From NCBI GenBank assembly GCA_963663965.2, contig CAXXFK010000001.1, positions 64,001 to 128,000 on the forward strand: a DNA stretch of 64,000 nt, read 5' to 3'. The position numbers were made by a program, and so were the translations under genes. Each line of letters starts with the position of its first letter. Within the stretch, counting starts at the first letter, position 1. Shown piece by piece: positions 31,477-41,427 of this stretch. A model generated the notes under the pieces. The model searched no databases, was not told where the DNA came from, and was given only the letters and a program-made list of their open reading frames with translations. This stretch comes from Sedimentisphaerales bacterium. Its GTDB lineage: Bacteria; Planctomycetota; Phycisphaerae; Sedimentisphaerales; SM23-30.

Positions 31477-31515
31477 AAATACCCGGTTGCTGCCTTAAGT
31501 CGTAACCGGGTATTT
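31477..31515 (+). terminator. 3' hairpin after array gene 4
   Basis: AAATACCCGGTTGC...GTAACCGGGTATTT. Confidence 0.7.
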
Positions 31516-31625
31516 ATTGCGCAATTTATCATTATTTCGACGTGAAATCAGGAAAACCTTAGCGATTATAACGCTTGCTGCTTATCCAGTCCCATTTTAA
31601 TCCTGCATGATATAGTTCGAATATA

Positions 31626-31655
31626 TTGACTCTGATCCCCACATCAGATTATAAT
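31626..31655 (+). promoter_or_regulatory. Putative sigma70 promoter with a palindrome in the spacer
   Basis: TTGACT-N18-TATAAT, with TCTGAT-N6-ATCAGA inside. Confidence 0.6.
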
Positions 31656-31798
31656 GAAATTTCAATGGTGCTATGTATATTTCAGGTGTATCATGACCTG
31701 AAAACCTGACATACGGATATTTTTATAGTTTATAGATGTACATTTGTCGGCAGCAAGACAATCGTCTACCGATATCACACTAAACAAGGAGAAAAATA

Positions 31799-32590
31799 AT
31801 GAAAAAGTATGCTTTAATTTTACTTTTAGGGGCAGCAAGCCTGGCTTCTGCAGGCCTGACCGAAGTCTGGGAACAGGATTTTGAAACTGACACTTCCGGT
31901 TGGTTTAGCTACAACAGTACGATATCTCAAGTGGGATCAGGCACCAATGGCATCACTTCAGCCGAGGGTTCTTATCACGCATTAATTGGTCCATCTTTCA
32001 CGAGTTATTCTGGAGCGCTTACCCGTTTCGATGGGTATCGTAGTGTTTGGCCTGGTAGTTTTACGGCATCTGTTGATGTTTATCTGGATATTAACTGGGC
32101 TGACGGCTCTGGATTTGATTATTCCGTGGCTGCAAATGGCTCAGACGGCATTCATCAACGCGATTATATTTTCCACGTCACCAAAGACTCTTCCACCGGG
32201 GATCTCTTTGTTGCAGGAAGCAACAATACCAATTTTGCCGTTCGTCAAGATTTGGAAACTATTAATCATTATACTGTAGAAAAATCTGGTTGGTATACTC
32301 TTCAGCATGTTTTTTATGATAATGCCGGTTCCCTTGCTGTTGATTTAAATCTTTTAGATTCTAATGACAATATCCTGTTTACTGAAACTCGGTATAACGT
32401 AGTAGACACGATCCCGGATGAAGTGGGCGGCAACAGATATGGCTGGTTCACCTTTGTGTCTGTTGAAAATGGTCTGGCTATTGATGATTCTGAGTTATAT
32501 TTCGAAACAGCCACGGTCCCTGCCCCCGGCGCTCTACTTCTCGGCAGCCTGGGCACCGGCCTGATCGGCTGGATCCGCCGCCGCAAATAA
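31799..32590 (+). CDS. PEP-CTERM-like exported protein 5
   Basis: AAGGAG RBS, signal peptide and VPAPGA tail. Confidence 0.9.
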   Translation: MKKYALILLLGAASLASAGLTEVWEQDFETDTSGWFSYNSTISQVGSGTNGITSAEGSYHALIGPSFTSYSGALTRFDGYRSVWPGSFTASVDVYLDINWADGSGFDYSVAANGSDGIHQRDYIFHVTKDSSTGDLFVAGSNNTNFAVRQDLETINHYTVEKSGWYTLQHVFYDNAGSLAVDLNLLDSNDNILFTETRYNVVDTIPDEVGGNRYGWFTFVSVENGLAIDDSELYFETATVPAPGALLLGSLGTGLIGWIRRRK

Positions 32591-32625
32591 ACTTTTTTGC
32601 AAATAAACGATTGTATCACATTTTT

Positions 32626-32660
32626 AACCGGCTGCCGTACTTTACGGCAGCCGGTTTTTT
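32626..32660 (+). terminator. Intrinsic terminator ending the array
   Basis: AACCGGCTGCCGTA-CTT-TACGGCAGCCGGTT followed by a T run. Confidence 0.85.
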
Positions 32661-32783
32661 ATCTTCTGATTCAGTCATAATTCAAACTAATCGATACTTA
32701 TCCAACTCACCGAAATCAAACCGGTTCGTCACCACAGATTATTTTCACTTTTAAACATTGGTATTTTCAGCTAAAATGCCATC

Positions 32784-34223
32784 ATGAAAAATGAAAATAC
32801 CAGAACTTACGATAATCCGCTGATCGCCCGTTATTCCTCCGCCGAAATGCTGGAGATATTCTCGCCCCACTTTAAATTTACCACTTGGCGCAAACTCTGG
32901 GTGGCTCTGGCCGAATGTCAGGCCGAACTTGGGCTGCCCATTTCCCCAAAACAAATCCAGCAGATGCGGGACAATATCGATACCATCGATTACAAAAAGG
33001 CCGCCGCCTACGAAAAAAAATTCAGACATGATGTTATGGCCCATGTCCACACCTTCGGCGATGCCGCTCCCGCCGCCGCCGGAATTATTCACCTGGGCGC
33101 CACCAGTGCCTTTGTCGGCGACAATACCGACCTGATCCAGATGCGCGCCGGTCTCGAACTTGTCCGCGCCCGGCTCTACCGCGTGATTGATCTGCTGGCC
33201 CGATTCGCTAAAAAATACCGCAACCTCGCCACCCTCGGATATACCCATTTCCAACCCGCCCAGCTGACCACCGTCGGCAAACGGGCCACCCTGTGGTGTT
33301 ACGACCTGGTCATGGATATCGAAGAGGTTCAGCACCGCATTGACTCCATCTGTTTCCGGTCCACCAAAGGCACCACCGGCACCCAGGCCACCTTCCTCAA
33401 GCTTTTCGACGGCAACCATAAAAAAGTCCTCCAACTGGAAAAAATGGTCGCCAAACGCATGGGGTTTGCCCGTATCGCCCCGGTCTCCGGCCAGACCTAC
33501 AACCGGAAAATCGACGCCAATATTCTGGCCACCCTCAGCGGTATCGCCCAGTCAGCCCATAAATTCACCAACGACCTGCGCCTGCTGGCCAGTCTCAAAC
33601 AAATGGAAGAACCCTTCGAAAAGAACCAGATCGGTTCCTCGGCCATGGCCTACAAACGCAATCCCATGCGCAGCGAGCGTATCGCCTCTCTGTCGCGCTA
33701 CGTGATATCGCTATCCTCATCACCCATGATGACCGCCGCCGAACAATGGTTCGAACGCACCCTGGATGACTCGGCCAACAAACGCCTGGCCATTCCCGAA
33801 GCCTTTCTCGCCATCGACGCCATCCTGGGCATCATGGCCAATGTGGTCGATGGCCTGGTCGTTTACCCCAAGGTCATTCGCGCGACCCTGGATGCCGAAT
33901 TGCCTTTCATGGCCACTGAAGACATTCTCATGGCCGCGGTTCAGGCCGGCGGCAACCGCCAGCAACTGCATGAAGCCATCCGGCAACACTCCATGCATGC
34001 CGCCGCCCAGGTCAAACAACATGGCAAACCCAACGACCTGATCCAGCGTCTGCAAAACGACCCGCTCTTTGCGGCCGTCAACTTGAAATCGGTGATGAAA
34101 CCCGAAAACTACATCGGTCGCGCCCCGCAGCAGGTGGACGATTTCCTCCGGGATACCATCACACCCATCCGCCGAAAGTTCCGCAAAGTCGCCGCGGTTA
34201 ATGATGTGGAGCTGAAGGTTTAA
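32784..34223 (+). CDS. purB: Adenylosuccinate lyase
   Basis: [34 protein letters not shown]. Confidence 0.97.
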   Translation: MKNENTRTYDNPLIARYSSAEMLEIFSPHFKFTTWRKLWVALAECQAELGLPISPKQIQQMRDNIDTIDYKKAAAYEKKFRHDVMAHVHTFGDAAPAAAGIIHLGATSAFVGDNTDLIQMRAGLELVRARLYRVIDLLARFAKKYRNLATLGYTHFQPAQLTTVGKRATLWCYDLVMDIEEVQHRIDSICFRSTKGTTGTQATFLKLFDGNHKKVLQLEKMVAKRMGFARIAPVSGQTYNRKIDANILATLSGIAQSAHKFTNDLRLLASLKQMEEPFEKNQIGSSAMAYKRNPMRSERIASLSRYVISLSSSPMMTAAEQWFERTLDDSANKRLAIPEAFLAIDAILGIMANVVDGLVVYPKVIRATLDAELPFMATEDILMAAVQAGGNRQQLHEAIRQHSMHAAAQVKQHGKPNDLIQRLQNDPLFAAVNLKSVMKPENYIGRAPQQVDDFLRDTITPIRRKFRKVAAVNDVELKV

Positions 34224-34289
34224 CGACCGTCAAATTTATTACTGAAATAATCAGGTTAGGTTAACTTTTCAGTGTGAAGGAATCATTGA

Positions 34290-34961
34290 ATGCTAACATA
34301 CAAAACGGAATTTATCGAGTTTCTCGTCCGGTGCGGCGTTTTAACCTTTGGCGATTTCACCACCAAATCCGGCCGCAAAACCCCCTATTTTGTCAATACC
34401 GGCAACTATAAATTGGGCTGGCAACTGGGCAAGTTGGGCCAGTTCTACGCCCAGGCGATCATTAATCAGATTGGCCACGGCTTTGATAACCTCTATGGTC
34501 CGGCTTACAAGGGCATCTCGCTATCCGTATCCACCGCCATCGCGTTAAGCCGCGACCATGGCATGGATGTCTCTGTCACGTACAACCGGAAAGAAGCCAA
34601 AGACCACGGCGAAGGCGGTTCCCTGATCGGACATAAATACACCGGTTCCGAAAAACTCATCATCGTCGAAGATGTTATCACCGCCGGCACCAGTATCCGC
34701 GAAACCATGGACATCCTCACTGCCAATCACAATCCCCAGGTCACCGGCGTGATCGTCTCGGTGGACCGCATGGAACGTGGAACAGGATCCCTCACCGCCA
34801 TCCAGGAAGTCAAAGAGCAATTCGGCATCCCCGTCTGCTCGATCGTCACCGTCCGGGAAATTATCGAATGCCTGCATAACCGGCCAATAGATAACCAGGT
34901 ATACATTGACGATACCGTCAAACAGAAAATGCTCGATTACTTGGCGGAATACGGAGCATAA
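34290..34961 (+). CDS. pyrE: Orotate phosphoribosyltransferase
   Basis: FTTKSGRKTPYF, GPAYKGI, RKEAKDHGEGG, VEDVITAGTS. Confidence 0.97.
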   Translation: MLTYKTEFIEFLVRCGVLTFGDFTTKSGRKTPYFVNTGNYKLGWQLGKLGQFYAQAIINQIGHGFDNLYGPAYKGISLSVSTAIALSRDHGMDVSVTYNRKEAKDHGEGGSLIGHKYTGSEKLIIVEDVITAGTSIRETMDILTANHNPQVTGVIVSVDRMERGTGSLTAIQEVKEQFGIPVCSIVTVREIIECLHNRPIDNQVYIDDTVKQKMLDYLAEYGA

Positions 34962-35037
34962 TAATTAGAATTGAATTTACAACCATATCACTGCATAAGT
35001 TCAATTAAATTCTTTAATCGCGAGATGGAGGCGTACT

Positions 35038-37530
35038 ATGTCAAAATGGAAAAGTACTACTTTTCTTAATTTACTCGTTGTGCTGGCCCTATGGACGGGT
35101 TCACTCTTTGCCCAATCCCCTCGTCAACCCAACATCCTCTTCATTTTCATTGACGACATGGGCTTCGCCGATCCGTCCTGTTTCGGCAACCCAAAACTCA
35201 AAACCCCTCATATTGATCAACTGGCCGACGAAGGAATCAAGCTGACCAGCTTTTACGTCAATTCGCCTATCTGCTCCCCATCCCGCGTGGCCGTCATGAC
35301 CGGTCAGTACCCCGCCCGCTGGAAGATCCATTCCTATCTCAACTCCAAAAAAATCAATCAGAACCGCCGTATGGCAAACTGGCTCGATTCCGCCGCGCCT
35401 ACCACTGCCCGCCTGCTCAAACAAGTTGGTTACCGTACCGCCCATTTCGGTAAATGGCATATCGGTGGCGGCCGCGATGTCGGCGAGGCCCCCCTGCCTC
35501 AGGCCTACGGTTTCGATGAATCGCTGGTATGCTTCGAAGGGCTCGGTGATCGCATTCTGTTCCCCAATGACGGCCTGTCGGACCAGAGCGCTAAACTGCA
35601 GCATGGCAACATTACCCGAATCGAAAAAAGATTCTCCACCCAGACCTATGTCGACCGTGCCATTCAGTTCATCAAGGCCGATCCCACCCGCCCGTTCTAT
35701 CTCGAATTATTCCCCAACGATGTCCACGATCCCCACCTGCCCACCGATCTGGATGCCGATAAATTCAGCGATATCAGCGACAATCCTTTCGAACGAAAAT
35801 TATTCGCCGTCCTGCAGGAACTCGATCGCCAGATCGGTCGAGTCATCGAAACCATCGATACCCTGGGCCTGGCCGAAAATACCCTCGTTATATTTACCAG
35901 CGATAATGGTCCCACCGACTGGCCCAGCTATTACAAGGCCGGTCAGTATCCCCCCGGCTCTACCGGCCCTTACTACGGCAGGAAATGGTCTCTCTATGAA
36001 GGCGGTATTCGTATGCCCTTCATCGCCCGCTGGAAAGGCAAAATCCCCGCCGGTTGGGTCAACCACCAGACCGTCATGTGCGGCATTGATCTGTCACCCA
36101 CTTTCTGCGCCTTGGCCGGTGCCAACACCGATGGCGCCGTTCATCACGATGGCATCAATCAGTTCGAAGCCCTCACCGGCAAAGAACCGCTCCGTACTAA
36201 ACCAGTATTCTGGCAATACGGTAAACCCTACGCCCAACTGATGCCCGGCAATCCGGATTTCATCTCGCCGGCCTACGCCGTTCGTGATGGCGACTGGAAA
36301 CTGCTCGTCGATCAGGATGGCAGTAACACCCTGCTCTTCAATCTCGCCTCCGATCCTGGCGAAACCTTGAATTTGCTCAAAGCCCAGCCGGATAAAGCCG
36401 GCCAGTTATATGCCTTGATTCAAAACTGGGCTCAAGAAGTCAAAATCGACGTCCCCGCCGGCAACCTCACGGCCAAACCGGCTGATGATCACATCACCAT
36501 CGCGCCAACTCCTATCGCCTCAACTCCCCTGTTTGTCGATCCTCATTATCACGGCTCAGCCGATCCGGAAATTGTCTGGAACAGCCAGGAACAGGAATGG
36601 TGGATTTTCTATACCGGCCGCCGGGCCCATCGCCCCGATGGCACTGCGGCCGCTTGCCCGATTGGCGTTGCTGCCTCCAAAGACCTCAAAAACTGGCGCT
36701 TTGTCGGCTATTGTCAATTCGACGGTGAAGGTGGTAAACCGGATGCCAACCATACCTTCTGGGCTCCGGGTATCATCCGCGATGGCAATACCTACCACAT
36801 GTACGTCACCTGCAAACCCGGTACCGACGGATTCTGGGGCGGCGAGGCCTGCTGGATCCAGCATTATACCGCCCCGGCTCATGACCTGCTCAACGGCTGG
36901 AAATCGGTGGAGGAAACGATCGTATCCGATACTGCTATTGACGCAGGCATGTTTCGCACCAAAGATCTATGGCACATGTGGTACCGCGACAAGCAAAACA
37001 ACACCATGGGCATCTACTATGCCACCAGCGCCGATCTGAAAACCTGGCAGCAGCAAGGACTGGCCTCTGGCGACGCCAATAACAAAAAAGTTACCGGATT
37101 GGGCTATCAGGAAGCCCCCTATGTATTCTATTGGAAAAACCACTACTGGATGCTGACCGATCCCAGCGGTCCGCCTATGGCCGTCTATCGCAGCACCGAC
37201 CTGAATAACTGGAAATATGTCGGCAATATCCTGGACCAGAATGGCTTCCGCCCTACCGATACCTCCATCGGGCGACATCCCAGCGTAGCCGTCATAAATG
37301 ACCGTGCCTTTATTTTCTACCACTGCGAAGCCCGCCGTGATTATGCCAAACCCTATATGCAGAATCTGCCCGATCAGAAAACGATCTACCTGCAAATCGC
37401 GGAACTCAACTTCAATCCCGAAAATTCCAGTATCACCTGCGACCGGAACAAACCGGTATTAGTACCAACCAGAATGAAACCTGCCACCCAATATTGGGGA
37501 CAAAGCGATATCACCACGAACGAACTGTAA
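35038..37530 (+). CDS. Secreted S1 sulfatase fused to a GH43/GH32-like beta-propeller glycosidase domain
   Basis: PNILFIFIDD, CSPSR, GKWH and SDNG in the sulfatase part. ADP, FWAPG, IDA and QEAPYVF in the C-terminal part. Confidence 0.88.
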   Translation: MSKWKSTTFLNLLVVLALWTGSLFAQSPRQPNILFIFIDDMGFADPSCFGNPKLKTPHIDQLADEGIKLTSFYVNSPICSPSRVAVMTGQYPARWKIHSYLNSKKINQNRRMANWLDSAAPTTARLLKQVGYRTAHFGKWHIGGGRDVGEAPLPQAYGFDESLVCFEGLGDRILFPNDGLSDQSAKLQHGNITRIEKRFSTQTYVDRAIQFIKADPTRPFYLELFPNDVHDPHLPTDLDADKFSDISDNPFERKLFAVLQELDRQIGRVIETIDTLGLAENTLVIFTSDNGPTDWPSYYKAGQYPPGSTGPYYGRKWSLYEGGIRMPFIARWKGKIPAGWVNHQTVMCGIDLSPTFCALAGANTDGAVHHDGINQFEALTGKEPLRTKPVFWQYGKPYAQLMPGNPDFISPAYAVRDGDWKLLVDQDGSNTLLFNLASDPGETLNLLKAQPDKAGQLYALIQNWAQEVKIDVPAGNLTAKPADDHITIAPTPIASTPLFVDPHYHGSADPEIVWNSQEQEWWIFYTGRRAHRPDGTAAACPIGVAASKDLKNWRFVGYCQFDGEGGKPDANHTFWAPGIIRDGNTYHMYVTCKPGTDGFWGGEACWIQHYTAPAHDLLNGWKSVEETIVSDTAIDAGMFRTKDLWHMWYRDKQNNTMGIYYATSADLKTWQQQGLASGDANNKKVTGLGYQEAPYVFYWKNHYWMLTDPSGPPMAVYRSTDLNNWKYVGNILDQNGFRPTDTSIGRHPSVAVINDRAFIFYHCEARRDYAKPYMQNLPDQKTIYLQIAELNFNPENSSITCDRNKPVLVPTRMKPATQYWGQSDITTNEL

Positions 37531-37536
37531 ACACTC

Positions 37537-38754
37537 ATGTCCCCAATGCTAATATGCTATTATCTCTTCGCCGCTGGAATCCTGATCTTTCAGTTCCTCG
37601 TCCTGCTGGAAGCCGGTCGGCACTTTAATTATGTCCGCCGTAAATGGCCGCCCAAAGGCTCCACCTATCAACCGCGAGCCATGCTGATCGTTCCATGCAA
37701 AGGACTCGAAACCGAATTCTCCCGGAATATATCCGCCCTGTTCCAGCAGAACTATCCCGATTATTCTATTCGGTTTGTTCTGGATCACCCTGACGATCAC
37801 GCCCGTCAACCTCTGGAATCGATTATTCTCCAACAGCGTAACGCCGGGAATCCCATCTCTGCGAAAATTGTCTACGCCGGAAAGGCAATCCACAATTCGC
37901 AAAAAGTTCATAATCTGTTAACCGTCTGTCGCCAGGCGCCTGACAATATCGAAATTCTGGCCTTTGTCGATGCTGACGCCTGCCCGCCCCCCCATTTCCT
38001 TAGTAGCATGATCCATCCTCTTCGCCGCGATGAAGTCGGCGCCAGTACCGGGTATCGCTGGTATGTGCCCGCCGATTATCGTCTCAGCAGCCTCACACTC
38101 AGCGCCATGAACGCCTATTTTGCCTCCCTGCTCGGCCCCCATCAGCGTAATCCCGTCTGGGGCGGCGCCATGGCGTTCAAACGATCCTTTTTCTATCAGG
38201 CCGGAATCGACCAACTCTGGAAAAATGCCCTGTCGGATGACTATGCGGTCACCTATGCCGTCCAGCAGCAAGGCCTCGAAGTCTACTTTGTACCAGCCTG
38301 TTTTATCGCCAGTTATGAAGGGTATTCCTGGTGTGAACTATTCGAATTTACTCGCCGCCAGTTTATTATCACCTGGTGCTGTAACCGAAAACTGTGGTAT
38401 CTGGCCTTTGCCGGCTTTTCCCAGTATCTCCTGGCCTTCTGGTTGGGTATGGTTGTCACTGGTATCCTGTGGTATCAACACAGCCCGCACACCCGATGGG
38501 CCGCCATTTTTCCGATTGCCCTCTATATCGCTTCTTTTTTAAAAGCCCTGTTACGTCAGAGCATGATTATGCGCATCCTGGCCCGTGATCGAAATCATCT
38601 TATCATCCCGGCCTTGATCGATCTGTTTGGCCAGCCCATCATTGCCTGCTGGACCTGGCTCTGTATCGGATCAGCCTGGCGCAAAAACATCATTACCTGG
38701 CGCGGCAATCGCTACCGGATGTTGGCAATCGACCAGACAGAACGCTTGGATTGA
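37537..38754 (+). CDS. GT2/GT21-like membrane glycosyltransferase (ceramide glucosyltransferase-like)
   Basis: VPCKG, QKVHNL, FVDAD, WGGAMA, SDDY, RRQ, ITWRG. Confidence 0.85.
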   Translation: MSPMLICYYLFAAGILIFQFLVLLEAGRHFNYVRRKWPPKGSTYQPRAMLIVPCKGLETEFSRNISALFQQNYPDYSIRFVLDHPDDHARQPLESIILQQRNAGNPISAKIVYAGKAIHNSQKVHNLLTVCRQAPDNIEILAFVDADACPPPHFLSSMIHPLRRDEVGASTGYRWYVPADYRLSSLTLSAMNAYFASLLGPHQRNPVWGGAMAFKRSFFYQAGIDQLWKNALSDDYAVTYAVQQQGLEVYFVPACFIASYEGYSWCELFEFTRRQFIITWCCNRKLWYLAFAGFSQYLLAFWLGMVVTGILWYQHSPHTRWAAIFPIALYIASFLKALLRQSMIMRILARDRNHLIIPALIDLFGQPIIACWTWLCIGSAWRKNIITWRGNRYRMLAIDQTERLD

Positions 38755-38876
38755 TTTATATTTACTGATAAGGTCCGTTAATATTTATTTTGACAAATCC
38801 AATTGACCCGATTAAACTTGCAACCCTTACAATATTAGATATAAGTGTGGAAGCTATTGATTAGAAAGGATTTAAC

Positions 38877-39047
38877 ATGCAAGAATATGATAACCTGATC
38901 AAAATGGTTCACGAGGTTGAAGATGATATCATCAAGGCGGAAGGTGGCAACAAGGCGGCCGGCACTCGCGTTAGAAAAGCCATGCAGGAAATTAAACAAG
39001 CCGCTCAGGAAGTACGTGTCAAAATCCTCGAAACTCGTGCCGAATAA
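38877..39047 (+). CDS. Histone H1-like (Hc1-type) small protein, 56 aa, absent from the ORF track
   Basis: Translates to MQEYDNLIKMVHEVEDDIIKAEGGNKAAGTRVRKAMQEIKQAAQEVRVKILETRAE, with an AAAGGA RBS. Confidence 0.85.
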   Translation: MQEYDNLIKMVHEVEDDIIKAEGGNKAAGTRVRKAMQEIKQAAQEVRVKILETRAE

Positions 39048-39080
39048 TTTGTAACGACCGATCAGATAAGGATATTTTGC

Positions 39081-39554
39081 ATGCCTCCTCAATTTTTGCT
39101 GGATCTGAACGCAATTAATTTGAATCAGGTCATTTACGGTGTTGAAGATATCGAAGCCATCAATCCTCACCGGTTTGAATTCAGGTTACTGGACGGAATC
39201 GCATACTACAACGGTGATGACCATTCTCTGGTTGCGTTTAAAGATGCCAAAGATGATGATTTCTGGGTGCGCGGCCATATTCCCGGCCGCCCCTTGCTCC
39301 CAGGTGTTTTAATGATTGAAGCGGCCGCCCAGGCGGCCAGTTTTGCGGCCACTAAAGCCAGCGGCACCAATGCCTTTTTCGGTTTTAGCGGAATCGAAAA
39401 CGTTAAATTCCGCCATCAGGTCGTCCCCGGCGACAGACTTTATATTGTCGGAAAATGCCTCGAACTGCGTGCCCGGCGTTTCAAATTTGCCGCGCAAGGA
39501 GTGGTCAATGGCAAAATGGCGTTTGAAGCATTAATTATCGGGATGCCAATCTAA
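39081..39554 (+). CDS. fabZ: 3-hydroxyacyl-ACP dehydratase (FabZ family)
   Basis: NPHRFEF and GHIPGRPLLPGVLMIEAAAQ. Confidence 0.85.
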   Translation: MPPQFLLDLNAINLNQVIYGVEDIEAINPHRFEFRLLDGIAYYNGDDHSLVAFKDAKDDDFWVRGHIPGRPLLPGVLMIEAAAQAASFAATKASGTNAFFGFSGIENVKFRHQVVPGDRLYIVGKCLELRARRFKFAAQGVVNGKMAFEALIIGMPI

Positions 39555-39563
39555 CTCTATTGA

Positions 39564-40787
39564 TTGAACGAGTATAGGGCCTTGGATCAGGACCGGACAC
39601 AAATTCCCGATTGGGCTCAGTTGTTCGAGTCGGCTCTTTCCATCGAACCGGATAACGATTTACAAAAATCGACCCGGGCAATACCCGCCGGTGGCGGAAT
39701 TTGCCTGCTTGCTGACCGGGACAATCAGCCGGTTCAACTGTTAACCGCCGGTGATCTGCGCCGGCTTGTCAGATCGCGCCTGTCCGATCAACCGGAACAG
39801 GAACCCTCACGCAAACTGAAACTGCGTAGTATCGTTCGGAAAATATTTTTTCGCCGTTGCCACAGCGCCTTCGAAACCCAACTCCTTTATTTCCGATCGG
39901 TCAGAACCATCTTCCCGGACAATTGGCAGAATTGCCTGCCTGGAATGGAAGCCTGGTTTATCGAAGTCGATTTCAATGCCTCTTTGCCGGTATTCAAACG
40001 CTCGCGTTCCTGTCATCCAGACAGTGCCTGCAAATCCTGGGGCCCACTGGCCACCGGCCGCTCCGTATCAATGCTGCTCGAGGTATTACAATCGGCCTAC
40101 CGTTTATGTCGCCATCCCGAACGGCTCTCGGAAACCCCTTACGTGACCGGATGCCCCTACGCTCAGATGGGACAATGTGCCGCTGTCTGCAATGGCACAG
40201 TCAGCCTCGATCAGTATCGGCAACTGACCGAAAGAGCTGCCGGACTGTTGAATGAGGGGCCGGAACAAACCATCAATACCCTGGCAGCGGAAGTCAAATG
40301 TCTCAGCGCCGCTCTTGAATTTGAAAAAGCAGCCCTGTTGCACCGCCAAATGGAACAATTAAAAAAATTAAAAGGGCCGGCTTATCGTTGGCTTATGCCA
40401 ATGGAACGCTTTTTGATTCTGTCGTTCCAGACCGGCCCCATGCAAAAAGTTGATGGCTTACGCGCTTTACAGCCTTCAATCATTCCCTTTATCATTACCG
40501 GCCGTCAGGTTATCCAATTACTTCCGTTTACTCGCAATGACATCGAATCAAACTGCCAATCCCTGCTTGATCATGTTAACTTGATCGCGTTACAACACTC
40601 TGCCGGCCGGGGAAATGAGTTCGAAAAATCCCAACTTGCCTGGATTACCCAGATGCTCTATCGCAAAAAACAGGCCAAAGAGCTTTTTATCAGAGCAACC
40701 GATACCTTAACACTTGCGGATCTGGTCCGGCAGATCGAAAGTTTTTTCGACTCGGCGATCCAGCCTTCAATTGACAAATCCTGCTAA
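39564..40787 (+). CDS. UvrC N-terminal-like protein (degenerate GIY-YIG, Cys cluster, UVR motif)
   Basis: IPAGGGIC..DL.R.VR.RL, LCR..CPY..MGQC..VC, LEFEKAA. Confidence 0.7.
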   Translation: MNEYRALDQDRTQIPDWAQLFESALSIEPDNDLQKSTRAIPAGGGICLLADRDNQPVQLLTAGDLRRLVRSRLSDQPEQEPSRKLKLRSIVRKIFFRRCHSAFETQLLYFRSVRTIFPDNWQNCLPGMEAWFIEVDFNASLPVFKRSRSCHPDSACKSWGPLATGRSVSMLLEVLQSAYRLCRHPERLSETPYVTGCPYAQMGQCAAVCNGTVSLDQYRQLTERAAGLLNEGPEQTINTLAAEVKCLSAALEFEKAALLHRQMEQLKKLKGPAYRWLMPMERFLILSFQTGPMQKVDGLRALQPSIIPFIITGRQVIQLLPFTRNDIESNCQSLLDHVNLIALQHSAGRGNEFEKSQLAWITQMLYRKKQAKELFIRATDTLTLADLVRQIESFFDSAIQPSIDKSC

Positions 40788-40807
40788 TTCACCTAGACTG
40801 TTAATCC

Positions 40808-41425
40808 ATGAATTTCGAATCATTTAAACATAAATTTATCGTTCTGGACGGCCCCGACGGCTGTGGCAAAAGCACGCAGATCAGGATGCTGGCCGATCAT
40901 ATCCAACGTAACGGTATTGAAGTGGTTTGCGTCAGAGACCCGGGCGGCACTTCCATTGGCGAACAGATTCGCACCATCCTGCTGGATAATCGCAATGCGG
41001 AAATGAACGTCCGCTGCGAAACCCTGCTCTATATGGCCAGCCGGGCGCAACTCTATGGTGAAATCATCGCCCCGGCCCTCCAGGCAGGCAAATGCGTCTT
41101 GTCCGATCGATGGGTCTCCAGCACCTATGCCTACCAGGCCGTCGCCGGAAAAATCGGGCCGCAAATCGTTCTCGATATCGCCGAACGGGTCCTGGAACGC
41201 GCCTGGCCGGACCGCATGATTCTTATTGACGTCCCACCGGAAATCAGTCGAACCCGTATCGGAAATAATCCAGACCGTATGGAAAGTAAATCCATCCAAT
41301 TTCATACGGATGTCAGAAACGCCTTTTTAGAGTTCGCGCGTCAACGCGATGACACCCTGATTGTCGATGGCACCCAATCGATTGAGGAAGTCCATCATCA
41401 GATCATAACCCATTTAATTATCTAA
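40808..41425 (+). CDS. tmk: Thymidylate kinase
   Basis: DGPDGCGKSTQ, RDPGGT, SDRW..STYAYQ. Confidence 0.96.
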   Translation: MNFESFKHKFIVLDGPDGCGKSTQIRMLADHIQRNGIEVVCVRDPGGTSIGEQIRTILLDNRNAEMNVRCETLLYMASRAQLYGEIIAPALQAGKCVLSDRWVSSTYAYQAVAGKIGPQIVLDIAERVLERAWPDRMILIDVPPEISRTRIGNNPDRMESKSIQFHTDVRNAFLEFARQRDDTLIVDGTQSIEEVHHQIITHLII

Positions 41426-41427
41426 CC

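Noticed and set aside
26932..32590. Repeated 75-bp tails as a CRISPR array or DGR template/variable repeats
   Set aside because: The repeats are coding, about 1 kb apart, and differ at synonymous sites rather than specifically at adenines. No cas or reverse transcriptase gene is present.
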